Sequence record: PP582757.1
DNA from: Klebsiella phage vB_KM5a1-KLB31
Reading direction: 5' to 3' (one strand)
DNA length: 64,000 nt
The translations under genes and the position numbers were made by a program. The notes beneath the pieces were generated by a model. The model ran no database searches and was not told the DNA's origin. It saw only the letters and a program-made list of their open reading frames with translations. Below, in pieces: positions 36,648 through 45,000 of the stretch (the first letter of the stretch is position 1; each line of letters opens with the position of its first letter).

Positions 36648-37563
36648 ATGGCAGAATCATGTGCTCGTTTTTCTTAAAGCGGTCGATGTAATCATTTACA
36701 CCCAGAGTCTTATACATATGAACTACTTTGTGGTAGTTTTCCCAAGCGTATTCACGGAACCAACCACTAGTAATCGACGTACAGACCTTCTCTAAGGCCA
36801 TCATGAAAGAATGCTCTGAAGATACATTCTGGAAGTTATTAGGAACCTGGGAACGTTCCAGGGCTAACACACATGTCTCTTCGTAGACACCTGCCAGTTT
36901 AATAGCTTCAGGCAGTGCTTCGAACTTTTCACGGCTTGTCATGACTTCAGAACCGTCCTTCATGTAGAAGGTATAAGCAGGCCGGTCTGCCAGAGCTACA
37001 GCACGGTGGATTGAATCATGGTCTAATGTGTAGATAGTGTCATTAAAGAACGTCGATTTATTCACATCCAGTTTTGGATGATTATAGCTCAACGTTTCCT
37101 TCTGGCGTTCAGTGACAATCAGCTCAAGAGGAGTTGAAAGTTTAACGCCTTTGTTACGAAGGAAACGAATGTGATGCATTGTCTTACGGAAGAACGGATT
37201 GTTCTTTTTGAAACGATGAGAAAGCTTAATAGCCAGGCACATCTCTGGAGTGGCCCAATGGAAGCCTGAAAGATTATCTTTCTTACATTTAAGATCGGCA
37301 TAATTCAAAAGCATCGCATTCGAATTTGTGTTGTAGCCTTCTTTAACGATATATGCTTCAAAGTAAGTCTCGCGACCATTGTGCATACATTTGAAAGCAC
37401 GAACGTCTTCGTTTTCTACTTCGACTTCAGCACCGAACATACGACCTTTGAAAGCTTCCCAATCAGGTTCTTCTGCGATGAAGTCCCAATCTGAATTTTT
37501 AATATCGTCGTAGCCAATCAAACCGTGGTGCTCAAGAGCACGTGAACCGATAACTAACATCAT
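36634..37563 (-). CDS. Hypothetical protein (309 aa)
   Basis: Long ORF; no motif recognised. Confidence 0.5.
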   Translation of the reverse strand: MMLVIGSRALEHHGLIGYDDIKNSDWDFIAEEPDWEAFKGRMFGAEVEVENEDVRAFKCMHNGRETYFEAYIVKEGYNTNSNAMLLNYADLKCKKDNLSGFHWATPEMCLAIKLSHRFKKNNPFFRKTMHHIRFLRNKGVKLSTPLELIVTERQKETLSYNHPKLDVNKSTFFNDTIYTLDHDSIHRAVALADRPAYTFYMKDGSEVMTSREKFEALPEAIKLAGVYEETCVLALERSQVPNNFQNVSSEHSFMMALEKVCTSITSGWFREYAWENYHKVVHMYKTLGVNDYIDRFKKNEHMILPFEGK

Positions 37564-37624
37564 AATATTTTCCTCTCTGTTTGTGTAGGAGTATCATAAC
37601 ATGGTTCCTACACGTTGTAAACAC

Positions 37625-37894
37625 TTAAATTTCTTGGCAGTACACATTATGAGTATGGATATACTCTTCGGCAGAACCTCGTACAAGAGGTACGATGCAA
37701 CCGTTGACATCCTCATCATATGGATCGATGCCGCAATGGGCATCTTCGAATCTGATGTTGTAATCAGACTTTTTGTACTTGATGTTGAAGATTTCTTCAA
37801 AACGCTTACGAGTGATTTTGTAACACTCTTCATCGCCATTAGGATGATAAATCATGTTTACCTCAACACCGATAAGATGAAGAAGCCCAGCCAT
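37625..37894 (-). CDS. Hypothetical protein
   Basis: 89 aa. Confidence 0.4.
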   Translation of the reverse strand: MAGLLHLIGVEVNMIYHPNGDEECYKITRKRFEEIFNIKYKKSDYNIRFEDAHCGIDPYDEDVNGCIVPLVRGSAEEYIHTHNVYCQEI

Positions 37895-38105
37895 TTACGG
37901 CGATACTGTTCCCATCGACACGAATACCGTTATGGAAATCAATACCACTACGGTCTGTGAAGTACATAGTTACATCTTCACGTTCTTCGGCGACGATTTG
38001 GAATAGGTTTTCTAATGCTGCCTGAGCAGTACGAACAGCGCAATCTAATTCACGACGAGACATTTTGATTCCTTCTACACATTTGGATGAAAGCATCGAG
38101 TTCAT
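37863..38105 (-). CDS. Small protein of the W-x-SSS-x-x-C tail family (member 1)
   Basis: 80 aa; the C-terminus is ...NGWASSSYRC. Confidence 0.5.
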   Translation of the reverse strand: MNSMLSSKCVEGIKMSRRELDCAVRTAQAALENLFQIVAEEREDVTMYFTDRSGIDFHNGIRVDGNSIAVNGWASSSYRC

Positions 38106-38340
38106 ACATTTTAAATTCAGGTGAATCGACGCTGATAATTTTAGTCCATAAACAACGTATTGGGTCCCAACTCATATCAGGCCAAGTAAACGGGTCTGGT
38201 TGTTGTCGATGATACACAGCTACAGCACGCCTGATATAATCGGTTCCATAAATCGAATGAGCTACATGCGATAATGCTATACATGTTGTCCCATCGAGTC
38301 CATCTACTTCAAGATAGCCATCGACAATACGAAGTTTCAT
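38050..38340 (-). CDS. Hypothetical protein
   Basis: 96 aa. Confidence 0.4.
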   Translation of the reverse strand: MKLRIVDGYLEVDGLDGTTCIALSHVAHSIYGTDYIRRAVAVYHRQQPDPFTWPDMSWDPIRCLWTKIISVDSPEFKMYELDAFIQMCRRNQNVSS

Positions 38341-38402
38341 TTTCTACTCCTTTCTAAACAAGTACGGGTATCTTATCACTAAGACACCCGTTTGTAAACT
38401 GC

Positions 38403-38645
38403 TTAGCAACTCTGCATAGAAGAACTATACCAGAAGCCTTGGTCGTGAGGCAAGTAGTTCTCATCACGAATCCATTTGTAGTCCTCGAATTCACTAGAAC
38501 TCACAGGAATGTATTCTTCATTACCGACAGTGAAGATTTCACCTGTAGCGTCGGCTATGTCTACGCCTTTACTGATAAGGTCACGAATGGCCTTTTCAAC
38601 ATTAGCTACAGTTTCAATTTTAATAGTCATATGTTTCCTTAGCAA
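38403..38645 (-). CDS. Small protein of the W-x-SSS-x-x-C tail family (member 2)
   Basis: 80 aa; the C-terminus is ...GFWYSSSMQSC. Confidence 0.5.
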   Translation of the reverse strand: MLRKHMTIKIETVANVEKAIRDLISKGVDIADATGEIFTVGNEEYIPVSSSEFEDYKWIRDENYLPHDQGFWYSSSMQSC

Positions 38646-38869
38646 GAAGAAGGTTGCCAGATGGAGCCATCGGCTTCAACATTGAATTCACGACCAGTTT
38701 CTTCGCCATAACAAGAAGAGTTATTCCAGTCATCAAAACGCATGCTACCATCAGAGGTATCAAATTCAAAACCAAAAGAATCGGCTGCTGCGAGTTCGCT
38801 TACTTTGTTAAACAGAACGGCCAGTTCTTTAGCCGCTTGTTCGAGTTCAATATTACCAGATACAGACAT
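38639..38869 (-). CDS. Small protein of the W-x-SSS-x-x-C tail family (member 3)
   Basis: 76 aa; the C-terminus is ...SIWQPSSC. Confidence 0.5.
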   Translation of the reverse strand: MSVSGNIELEQAAKELAVLFNKVSELAAADSFGFEFDTSDGSMRFDDWNNSSCYGEETGREFNVEADGSIWQPSSC

Positions 38870-38878
38870 AATAATTCC

Positions 38879-39163
38879 TTAACATTCCATAGAAGAAGAT
38901 ACCCAGCCACCAGATTCGAGGCTAGTATAATATGAGTGTTGATTAACGACAGCCCAATTAGGATGCCCCATTTCGGTTTCACGTTCAAGGTCTTTTTTCA
39001 AAGCACCAGGCGAATAATATGTTCCACCCATACCATACGCTGGTGACATTTCAAAACTTAGACCATATTTGTCGGCTACTTTCTTTGCATGGTTAATAGC
39101 TTCGCAAATGGCTGCCTCGGCAGCAGCCATAGCCAGTTCGGGTTTATGTTTAGACATTAACAC
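38879..39163 (-). CDS. Small protein of the W-x-SSS-x-x-C tail family (member 4)
   Basis: 94 aa; the C-terminus is ...GGWVSSSMEC. Confidence 0.5.
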   Translation of the reverse strand: MLMSKHKPELAMAAAEAAICEAINHAKKVADKYGLSFEMSPAYGMGGTYYSPGALKKDLERETEMGHPNWAVVNQHSYYTSLESGGWVSSSMEC

Positions 39164-39477
39164 ATCTCGCTTGAAGAAATCCAGACGCCTTCAGTAAGAT
39201 TACCATTACCATCAAGGTCGTAACCATTACATGAACAAGCATATTCAATATAATATTCAGATGCATTACTGCCTTTAGGATAATAGGTTTCGCCATTACC
39301 GTAATCGCCACGGCTCATAGAGATGCCGTATTTGTCCATCAGTTGTTCGGCACGTGCCTCATCAACCGGTTCAAGCAGAGCTTCAATGGCCTTACGAGCA
39401 GAAGCGGCATCAGTTACCAGAGGAATACGGGTTTCGATTACTTCCATTGCTTCAGCTTTGTTTTTAGGATTTTTCAT
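39157..39477 (-). CDS. Small protein of the W-x-SSS-x-x-C tail family (member 5)
   Basis: 106 aa; the C-terminus is ...GVWISSSEMC. Confidence 0.5.
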   Translation of the reverse strand: MKNPKNKAEAMEVIETRIPLVTDAASARKAIEALLEPVDEARAEQLMDKYGISMSRGDYGNGETYYPKGSNASEYYIEYACSCNGYDLDGNGNLTEGVWISSSEMC

Positions 39478-39869
39478 TTTCTTCTCACATTTCGAATAAA
39501 AAGTTCAGTGGATTTACGCTCATTCACAAGGTCGCGAGCAGCACGTTCGGCAGTCCATTCTTTAAGATGTTTCTTCCACGGCAAATATTCTTTAAAGAAA
39601 TATTGCACACGTTCACATTGATAGGTCATATACCAAGTTAATGGAAACCCACAAATCAAATACTTCGTTACTTCAATAACCCAGGGAGCTACTTCATCTT
39701 TCATGCCTTTGTCAAAAATAATCATATCACTAAAACATGCAGCAAGTGCTAATGTGGCAGAGACCAATGCTGCAATTAGCATAGAGCCAAATTTGTCTAA
39801 GTTACGACGGAACATTGGTTTCATTTTATAACTCATTATTGGCCTCTGCTTTCTGGCGTGCTTTAACAT
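39474..39869 (-). CDS. Membrane protein
   Basis: 131 aa with 2-3 TM helices. Confidence 0.45.
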   Translation of the reverse strand: MLKHARKQRPIMSYKMKPMFRRNLDKFGSMLIAALVSATLALAACFSDMIIFDKGMKDEVAPWVIEVTKYLICGFPLTWYMTYQCERVQYFFKEYLPWKKHLKEWTAERAARDLVNERKSTELFIRNVRRK

Positions 39870-40536
39870 TTGTGCGACATTGCTCTACGAAGTCAAGAAC
39901 AATAACAGATTTATCTTGATTGCGAACATTTTCAGCATGAAAATATTGGTCAATCTTAGGGAACCAATATTCTTTTAAAGACTTGTTCCGATCATCAGAA
40001 TAACCAAGTTTACCTACTTTTGTATGATACGAGCTAACAATAATGCCAAATGGCTTCTTATTATAAGTGAGCTCAATATGATAAAGGTCATCACGACAAT
40101 TATTGAAATCACGTACTGATTTCTTCAATGATGTCCAGTGGTCTGCTTTATCATTAAATGCAAAGATTGAATATTCAAGTGACTTGATATCAACAATCTT
40201 TAATGAACCCTGTGAATCAAGTTCGGCAAAAAATTTCGTGATATTAGCGATATCATCAATAACAAATCCGGCGACTAATGCGGCCTTATAATCATCACGA
40301 TATGCAGAAAAGCGATGAAGTTTCCAATCAGAATCCGAACAACTTCCACCACACGGATATTTCGCTGCTGCCTGAACGACTTCAATAGGCACACGGGTTT
40401 GCATAGCAAATTGCTGAATCATATCCCGTTTTGAACCACTTAAACTACGTGTGATATCAATAACATTATCGGTGTAATCTCCGACTGGCATTTTAGGTTT
40501 AGTTTCGTAGCCGCCATCACCTTCATAGAAACTCAT
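39826..40536 (-). CDS. Hypothetical protein
   Basis: 236 aa. Confidence 0.5.
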   Translation of the reverse strand: MSFYEGDGGYETKPKMPVGDYTDNVIDITRSLSGSKRDMIQQFAMQTRVPIEVVQAAAKYPCGGSCSDSDWKLHRFSAYRDDYKAALVAGFVIDDIANITKFFAELDSQGSLKIVDIKSLEYSIFAFNDKADHWTSLKKSVRDFNNCRDDLYHIELTYNKKPFGIIVSSYHTKVGKLGYSDDRNKSLKEYWFPKIDQYFHAENVRNQDKSVIVLDFVEQCRTNVKARQKAEANNEL

Positions 40537-40573
40537 AATATTTTCCTCAAGAAGTTAATCTTAGTTCTCCAAA

Positions 40574-40594
40574 AGAGAGGGCCGAAGCCCTCTT
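40574..40594 (-). terminator. UUCG-tetraloop hairpin
   Basis: AGAGAGGGCCGAAGCCCTCTT is a perfect inverted repeat. Confidence 0.55.
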
Positions 40595-40598
40595 CATA

Positions 40599-41192
40599 TT
40601 ACTTCAGACTTGCCAGATATTCTTCAACATCTGCATCAGTCGTTACAGTGCCAGGTTCAGCAGTGTGGAAGGTGTCGACTTTCATCAGAGTTTCATCGAC
40701 GCTTACTTTAGTCAGTGCAGCGATTTCGATTACATCATCGGCAGTTGCGATACCCAGGGCATTTGCAGAGCGAGTTTCACGAATGAACTCAAGTTTCACA
40801 GCCAGGTCCTGACGAGCATCATCAAGCTCTACAACCTTGGCTTCAATTTCAGAACGCATACCTGCATATTCATCGGCTTTAGTAAGCAGAGCTGCTGCAG
40901 TACGACGATACAGAAGACCCAGTTTAGCGTGAGTACCGACCGGAGAACCATTAGCCAGAAGACGCTTAATTTCTTTTTCTTTACTTTCAGCCAGAGTTGC
41001 TTTATCAGCAGCCAGAGCACGAATACGTTTTTCTTCATTCACGGACAGAACGTGAGAAGTTTTGAGCTGAGTGATACGGTCAATCAGAGTGTTGGCCGCT
41101 TCAGTGTACTGGTCTTCGACAGTAGTGTTACGAGCAACGAAAGAACCGAATTTAGCACGGATGAATTCAACCAGTTTTTTCAGAATAGCCAT
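40599..41192 (-). CDS. PspA/IM30 (phage-shock protein A / Vipp1)-like coiled-coil protein
   Basis: The N-terminus [19 protein letters not shown]...[22 protein letters not shown]...[27 protein letters not shown] follows the PspA heptad pattern (MGIFSRF...ED..K.L.Q.I.EM...L). It is 197 aa and predicted to be all-helical. Confidence 0.45.
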   Translation of the reverse strand: MAILKKLVEFIRAKFGSFVARNTTVEDQYTEAANTLIDRITQLKTSHVLSVNEEKRIRALAADKATLAESKEKEIKRLLANGSPVGTHAKLGLLYRRTAAALLTKADEYAGMRSEIEAKVVELDDARQDLAVKLEFIRETRSANALGIATADDVIEIAALTKVSVDETLMKVDTFHTAEPGTVTTDADVEEYLASLK

Positions 41193-41281
41193 TGTTATTT
41201 TCCTTTCATGTGATTAAGAATTAAATTATATCCCGTTTGTGTAGGAGCATACTAACACAACTCCTACACGTTGTAAACACT

Positions 41282-41518
41282 TTACTTATAAGTGTTAATC
41301 AGTTCTTCCATTTTGTCAAGAACTTCAATGTCGATGATGTGATACATCGCCGGGTCATCATGATATTTGTGCATGCCTTCATCGATAATACGCTCGATGG
41401 TTTGAAGCGCTGCAGTACGTTCTTCACCTGACGGGAAGTTAGGAGTCTCGCCAAACAGACGAGCAAAAGAACTGAAATACGTTTGTGCCGCAGCTTTGGC
41501 TTTATCAGGATAATGCAT
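41282..41518 (-). CDS. Hypothetical protein
   Basis: 78 aa. Confidence 0.4.
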   Translation of the reverse strand: MHYPDKAKAAAQTYFSSFARLFGETPNFPSGEERTAALQTIERIIDEGMHKYHDDPAMYHIIDIEVLDKMEELINTYK

Positions 41519-41528
41519 TTTGTTTTCC

Positions 41529-41729
41529 TCACATACGGTTGCCGATTACCAGCTGAGCCGTAGGCCAGTTAGTAACAGAATACTCGATTACATCTTTAAC
41601 ATCTTTAGCTTCAACAATATCGGTCACATGATACTCATGGTCACCTGTGTTCAGGATTGCACGATAATGAGTAACTTCACCGAAATCGTTAGTGATTTCA
41701 TGAATTGTAGAAGTATTGAAAGTTGTCAT
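41529..41729 (-). CDS. Hypothetical protein
   Basis: 66 aa. Confidence 0.35.
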   Translation of the reverse strand: MTTFNTSTIHEITNDFGEVTHYRAILNTGDHEYHVTDIVEAKDVKDVIEYSVTNWPTAQLVIGNRM

Positions 41730-41806
41730 TTTATTCTCCAGTGGTTTTCATCATTTGTTTCGATGAAGCTATAATAACACAACCACCGGAGAAGTAAACA
41801 CTTTTA

Positions 41807-42193
41807 TCAATTTTTAATTCGGCAGATACGCCGGGCTTCATCTTCGGCTAAGTCAATGATGCTACGCAGAACTGGAGTCTTTTGATAAAGGTTTGCAACA
41901 CGAAGTACAACATGTTTAGTCTTACCATCATCATGCCAACCCCATGACTTTTCACCATGAGAACCTTTGATTACAGCAGACACTTCAACAGAGCATCCGT
42001 TATCAGCAATCTTAGTTTCAACAGTCCAGATGCCACGGGCAATTGCTTCAGCCTTACGACGGTTTTCAATAGCCATTTCTTCGGCCCAGTTAGTCTTTTG
42101 GAAACCTAAATGCATATTCTGTGCAAAATGGTCTGCTGCAGCTTTTTGTTCTGGGGTCAACTTTTCATAAATCTTTTGCATATCGAGATTCAT
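41807..42193 (-). CDS. Hypothetical protein
   Basis: 128 aa. Confidence 0.45.
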   Translation of the reverse strand: MNLDMQKIYEKLTPEQKAAADHFAQNMHLGFQKTNWAEEMAIENRRKAEAIARGIWTVETKIADNGCSVEVSAVIKGSHGEKSWGWHDDGKTKHVVLRVANLYQKTPVLRSIIDLAEDEARRICRIKN

Positions 42194-42432
42194 TCCACTT
42201 CCTCGCTGTTTTCCATTGACAGAGGTTCAGACAAAGCCATGAGTTCGTCAACTGTCAGGCATTCGGTATCATCAGTAATAGCGAAACGCTTCAGATAGAA
42301 TGGATAATCCAGACAGTTATGAGTCTGCGCAGTCAAAGGACTGATACGAATCAGTTGTTGACCATTATGCATTACAAAGTTTTCGCCAACTTCAACATCT
42401 TTAAACAGTTTCATATTAATGTCCTTTGCCAA
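42190..42432 (-). CDS. Hypothetical protein
   Basis: 80 aa. Confidence 0.4.
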   Translation of the reverse strand: MAKDINMKLFKDVEVGENFVMHNGQQLIRISPLTAQTHNCLDYPFYLKRFAITDDTECLTVDELMALSEPLSMENSEEVE

Positions 42433-42724
42433 AGAAATAATCGGTCAGAGCAATTTCAACCGATTCATCGAGGAACACAAGTTCGTCATCAGCATCAAGC
42501 ATATCAGGGGTATCTTCCAGAGCGGCTTCACCGTCACGAAGACCTTGAAGTGCTGCTGCCCATGCACCTTCGAAATCACCATCAGCCTGTCGAGCAATAA
42601 GATTTGCATGAGACATTACCCATGATGCCTGCCAATGTTCAGTTTTATCATCGAAGATTTTGAATGAAGGACATTCAAACATCTCGGCAGGATAGTTGTT
42701 AACACCGTTCAGATTACGACGCAT
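42416..42724 (-). CDS. Hypothetical acidic protein
   Basis: 102 aa. Confidence 0.4.
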   Translation of the reverse strand: MRRNLNGVNNYPAEMFECPSFKIFDDKTEHWQASWVMSHANLIARQADGDFEGAWAAALQGLRDGEAALEDTPDMLDADDELVFLDESVEIALTDYFFGKGH

Positions 42725-42802
42725 TTTGTTTCTCCAGTTCGTTAGTGTAGGAACATACTAACACGTCTTTTTATGGTTGTAAACACCTGCCCCTAAATAC
42801 CC

Positions 42803-42834
42803 GAAAGGGTCCCTCGGCAAAGAAGGACCCTTTC
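42803..42834 (-). terminator. 10-bp-stem hairpin (GAAAGGGTCC / GGACCCTTTC)
   Basis: An inverted repeat with a 12-nt loop sits at the boundary between the protein-coding block and the RNA region. Confidence 0.45.
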
Positions 42835-42899
42835 AAGTCGGCGCTGTACTTGGTCGCACCCAGAGGTAGCATTCGCCTTACGGTTTCACTTGCGATATC

Positions 42900-43140
42900 C
42901 ACCGTCGTTCGTTTAAGTTGATTTGTCATAGGGCTCGAACCTACACGCTTAGGTCTGTCGCACCGGCTTCCGCCTTACTCACCTGGGTACCAACCAGGGT
43001 TTCAAACAAGCTATTCCAGTCGTGTCTACCAAATTTCACCACACAAATCATAAATTGTACGGAACGCCTGGATTCGAACCAGGTTACAGGGCAGTTGACG
43101 CTACACTGCATTTTGGATAAGGCCGTCAACGCATTTCCTC
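42900..43140 (-). ncRNA. ORF-free region with two tRNA-like T-arms but no canonical cloverleaf (tRNA-like/stable-RNA candidates)
   Basis: Minus-strand GTAGG-TTCGAGC-CCTAT sits at ~42927-42945 and CCTGG-TTCGAAT-CCAGG at ~43062-43080. I could not pair the acceptor stems in either. A 7-bp GTTGACG/CGTCAAC hairpin lies at ~43085-43125. Confidence 0.3.
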
Positions 43141-43237
43141 AACAGGAGCATCGTCAAATGCTTCATCCTGGAGAAAACTTGTCAAGTCCTCGAACCGATA
43201 GTCAGCAATGCCTACTCAAAGAATAGGCATTAATAAC

Positions 43238-43654
43238 TTAGAAACCGAAACCTACACCGCCGCCATAAACAACTTCTTCGGAGGTAGCTGCTACAGAAAC
43301 TTTAAATGCTGCTGGAGCATCAGTTGGAGTGAAGTTCAGACCTGCTGCCAGGGCTTTTTCACCATCATAACCACCTACAGCCACGCCAACAGAGAATTCA
43401 TGGCCAGGCACTGCAGGAATATTAGACATTGCTGCTACACCGGCAATACCAGCAGAAGCATGTTCTTGTGCTTTCTGAATTTTATGATCGGCGCGCTGGT
43501 TAACATCACCAGTGATTACGCGATATTCGTCAGAGGCACGAATTTTTTCTTCTTTCTTAATTTGATCGATATCGATGTTAGGAATTTCGAATGCTGCCTG
43601 AGCAGTAAAAGAAGCACCAACGATTGCGATAACAGCCAGAGTACGTTTCATCAT
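43238..43654 (-). CDS. Secreted Ala/Gly-rich protein
   Basis: Signal peptide MMKRTLAVIAIVGASFTAQA; 138 aa with a Gly-rich C-terminus. Confidence 0.5.
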   Translation of the reverse strand: MMKRTLAVIAIVGASFTAQAAFEIPNIDIDQIKKEEKIRASDEYRVITGDVNQRADHKIQKAQEHASAGIAGVAAMSNIPAVPGHEFSVGVAVGGYDGEKALAAGLNFTPTDAPAAFKVSVAATSEEVVYGGGVGFGF

Positions 43655-43689
43655 TTCATTTTTACCTTTGTCATTGTTAACATTATATA

Positions 43690-44100
43690 GCCTCCGGGTT
43701 CAGAGAGTACAAACAAGTAGTTTGATATAGAACACCGTTTAACCTCAAGGATTTAATTAACAGTGGGAATAACATCACTTTGGTCCTCGGCATTTACTTA
43801 TAGGACCTCTAACTCATCTCTCTGAACTGCCTCGTATATCTAGTAGGTTGGACGCCACTCTACATTTAAGGGTCGAGTCTCCAACATATCTCGTCACGGT
43901 CCTCGGCGATTTTCCGTGGTCTACTTTAAAAGATTGCGCCCATCTTGTTGTGGTATTAGGCCATACCTTTCGGCTGGGTACTTCCAGGGAACAGAGCTTG
44001 GACGACTTAAGGGTGTACATCCATCTGGGCTTAGGGTCGTCTTACAGACACGAGTATTATTCCAACTCTACCACATCACCAGCTTGGCCCCTCTTGTTTT
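43690..44100. ncRNA. ~410-bp ORF-free structured region inside the tRNA cluster (candidate stable RNAs, cf. T4 RNA C/D)
   Basis: It has no credible ORF (the track ORFs here are short and overlap tRNA genes) and contains several hairpins. The 10-mer GGTCCTCGGC occurs twice (~43783 and ~43898). Confidence 0.25.
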
Positions 44101-44101
44101 C

Positions 44102-44177
44102 TGGCAGGCGCTTGAGGAATCGAACCCCAGACCAATGGATTTGGAATCCACCGCTCTACCAACTGAGCTAAGCACCT
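44102..44177 (-). tRNA. tRNA-Trp (anticodon CCA)
   Basis: Minus-strand AGGTGCT-TA-GCTC-AGTTGGTA-GAGC-G-GTGGA-TTCCAAA-TCCAT-TGGTC-TGGGG-TTCGATT-CCTCA-AGCGCCT-G-CCA gives a full cloverleaf, with the CCA encoded. Confidence 0.85.
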
Positions 44178-44180
44178 AAT

Positions 44181-44256
44181 TGGGGTGACCTATGGGACTT
44201 GAACCCATGACTACAAGAATCACAATCTTAAATTCTACCAACTGAATTAAGGCCAC
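44181..44256 (-). tRNA. tRNA-His (anticodon GUG)
   Basis: GTGGCCT-TA-ATTC-AGTTGGTA-GAAT-T-TAAGA-TTGTGAT-TCTTG-TAGTC-ATGGG-TTCAAGT-CCCAT-AGGTCAC-C-CCA. The discriminator C73 is typical of His. Only 3 nt separate it from tRNA-Trp. Confidence 0.85.
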
Positions 44257-44289
44257 AGCAATGTTCACTCAAATGAACGAACATTAATC

Positions 44290-44365
44290 TGGCGGATGTG
44301 CACGGATTCGAACCGCGGACCAATCACTTAACGGGCGACCGCTCTACCAACTGAGCTACACATCC
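44290..44365 (-). tRNA. tRNA-Asn (anticodon GUU)
   Basis: GGATGTG-TA-GCTC-AGTTGGTA-GAGC-G-GTCGC-CCGTTAA-GTGAT-TGGTC-CGCGG-TTCGAAT-CCGTG-CACATCC-G-CCA. The anticodon stem has two G-U pairs and position 33 is C. Confidence 0.8.
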
Positions 44366-44366
44366 T

Positions 44367-44894
44367 TTATCTTGCAGATTTTATTTTGTTTTCTTTAAAT
44401 AGGTCGATAATAGAGTTAACATCGCCTTTAATCCACTCACCATCAGCATTTAAAGCTTTATGGAAAGAAAACTCTTCTTCAAAACGTTTATCACTGAAAT
44501 AGTAACATTCTAATTTATAATCACGTAAAGGGCAGTAGGATTGATAAGTGTTCAACCTATCATAAACATCCACTGTAGAACCTATTTTATACCATCCTTC
44601 AAAAGCAGGATTAGTTACGCAATAAATGAAACCTTCTTTAATACCTTTAGAAGAATTACCATTTCTGAAATACTTTACACGCAACAATGATAACTTGGTG
44701 AAGTTCACTTGTCGTGAAATCAATTTATCAGACTTTCGTGAAGCAGTGTCTGTATACTGGAGCTTAAAATTAGGATGAATATATTTGAAATAAATGTATT
44801 TAGCGAACTCAGTATTTATATCAAAATCAATCCCACTAATACCTTCTTCATTAAGATAAGCACTATATTGATTAATTATTTTGGCCTTATCCAT
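44367..44894 (-). CDS. GIY-YIG / T5orf172-type nuclease-domain protein inserted in the tRNA cluster (Seg-like, putative mobile)
   Basis: The C-terminal block GFIYCVTNPAFEGWYKIGSTVDVYDRLNTYQ has the G-h-I-Y...N...YKIG-T...R spacing of GIY-YIG/T5orf172 domains. The ORF is markedly AT-rich relative to its surroundings, and its position is analogous to T4 segB. Confidence 0.55.
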   Translation of the reverse strand: MDKAKIINQYSAYLNEEGISGIDFDINTEFAKYIYFKYIHPNFKLQYTDTASRKSDKLISRQVNFTKLSLLRVKYFRNGNSSKGIKEGFIYCVTNPAFEGWYKIGSTVDVYDRLNTYQSYCPLRDYKLECYYFSDKRFEEEFSFHKALNADGEWIKGDVNSIIDLFKENKIKSAR

Positions 44895-44910
44895 ATTCTT
44901 CTCATAAATT

Positions 44911-44988
44911 TGGTAGGACGTGAGGGATTTGAACCCATCGACATCTCGATTAAAAGTCGAGTGCTCTAACCAGCTGAGCTAACGTCCT
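44911..44988 (-). tRNA. tRNA-Lys (anticodon UUU), with an imperfect T-stem
   Basis: AGGACGT-TA-GCTC-AGCTGGTTA-GAGC-A-CTCGA-CTTTTAA-TCGAG-ATGTCG-ATGGG-TTCAAAT-CCCTC-ACGTCCT-A-CCA. The acceptor, D and anticodon arms are perfect, but the T-stem has 3 G-C pairs plus T/T and A/C mismatches. Confidence 0.65.
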
Positions 44989-45000
44989 TCTTAATTCTAT

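Noticed and set aside
43814-44179. Track ORFs 43814-44020 (-), 43848-44171 (+) and 43916-44179 (+)
   Set aside because: They run through the tRNA-Trp gene and the ORF-free structured RNA region, have no ribosome-binding sites, and have compositionally odd products.
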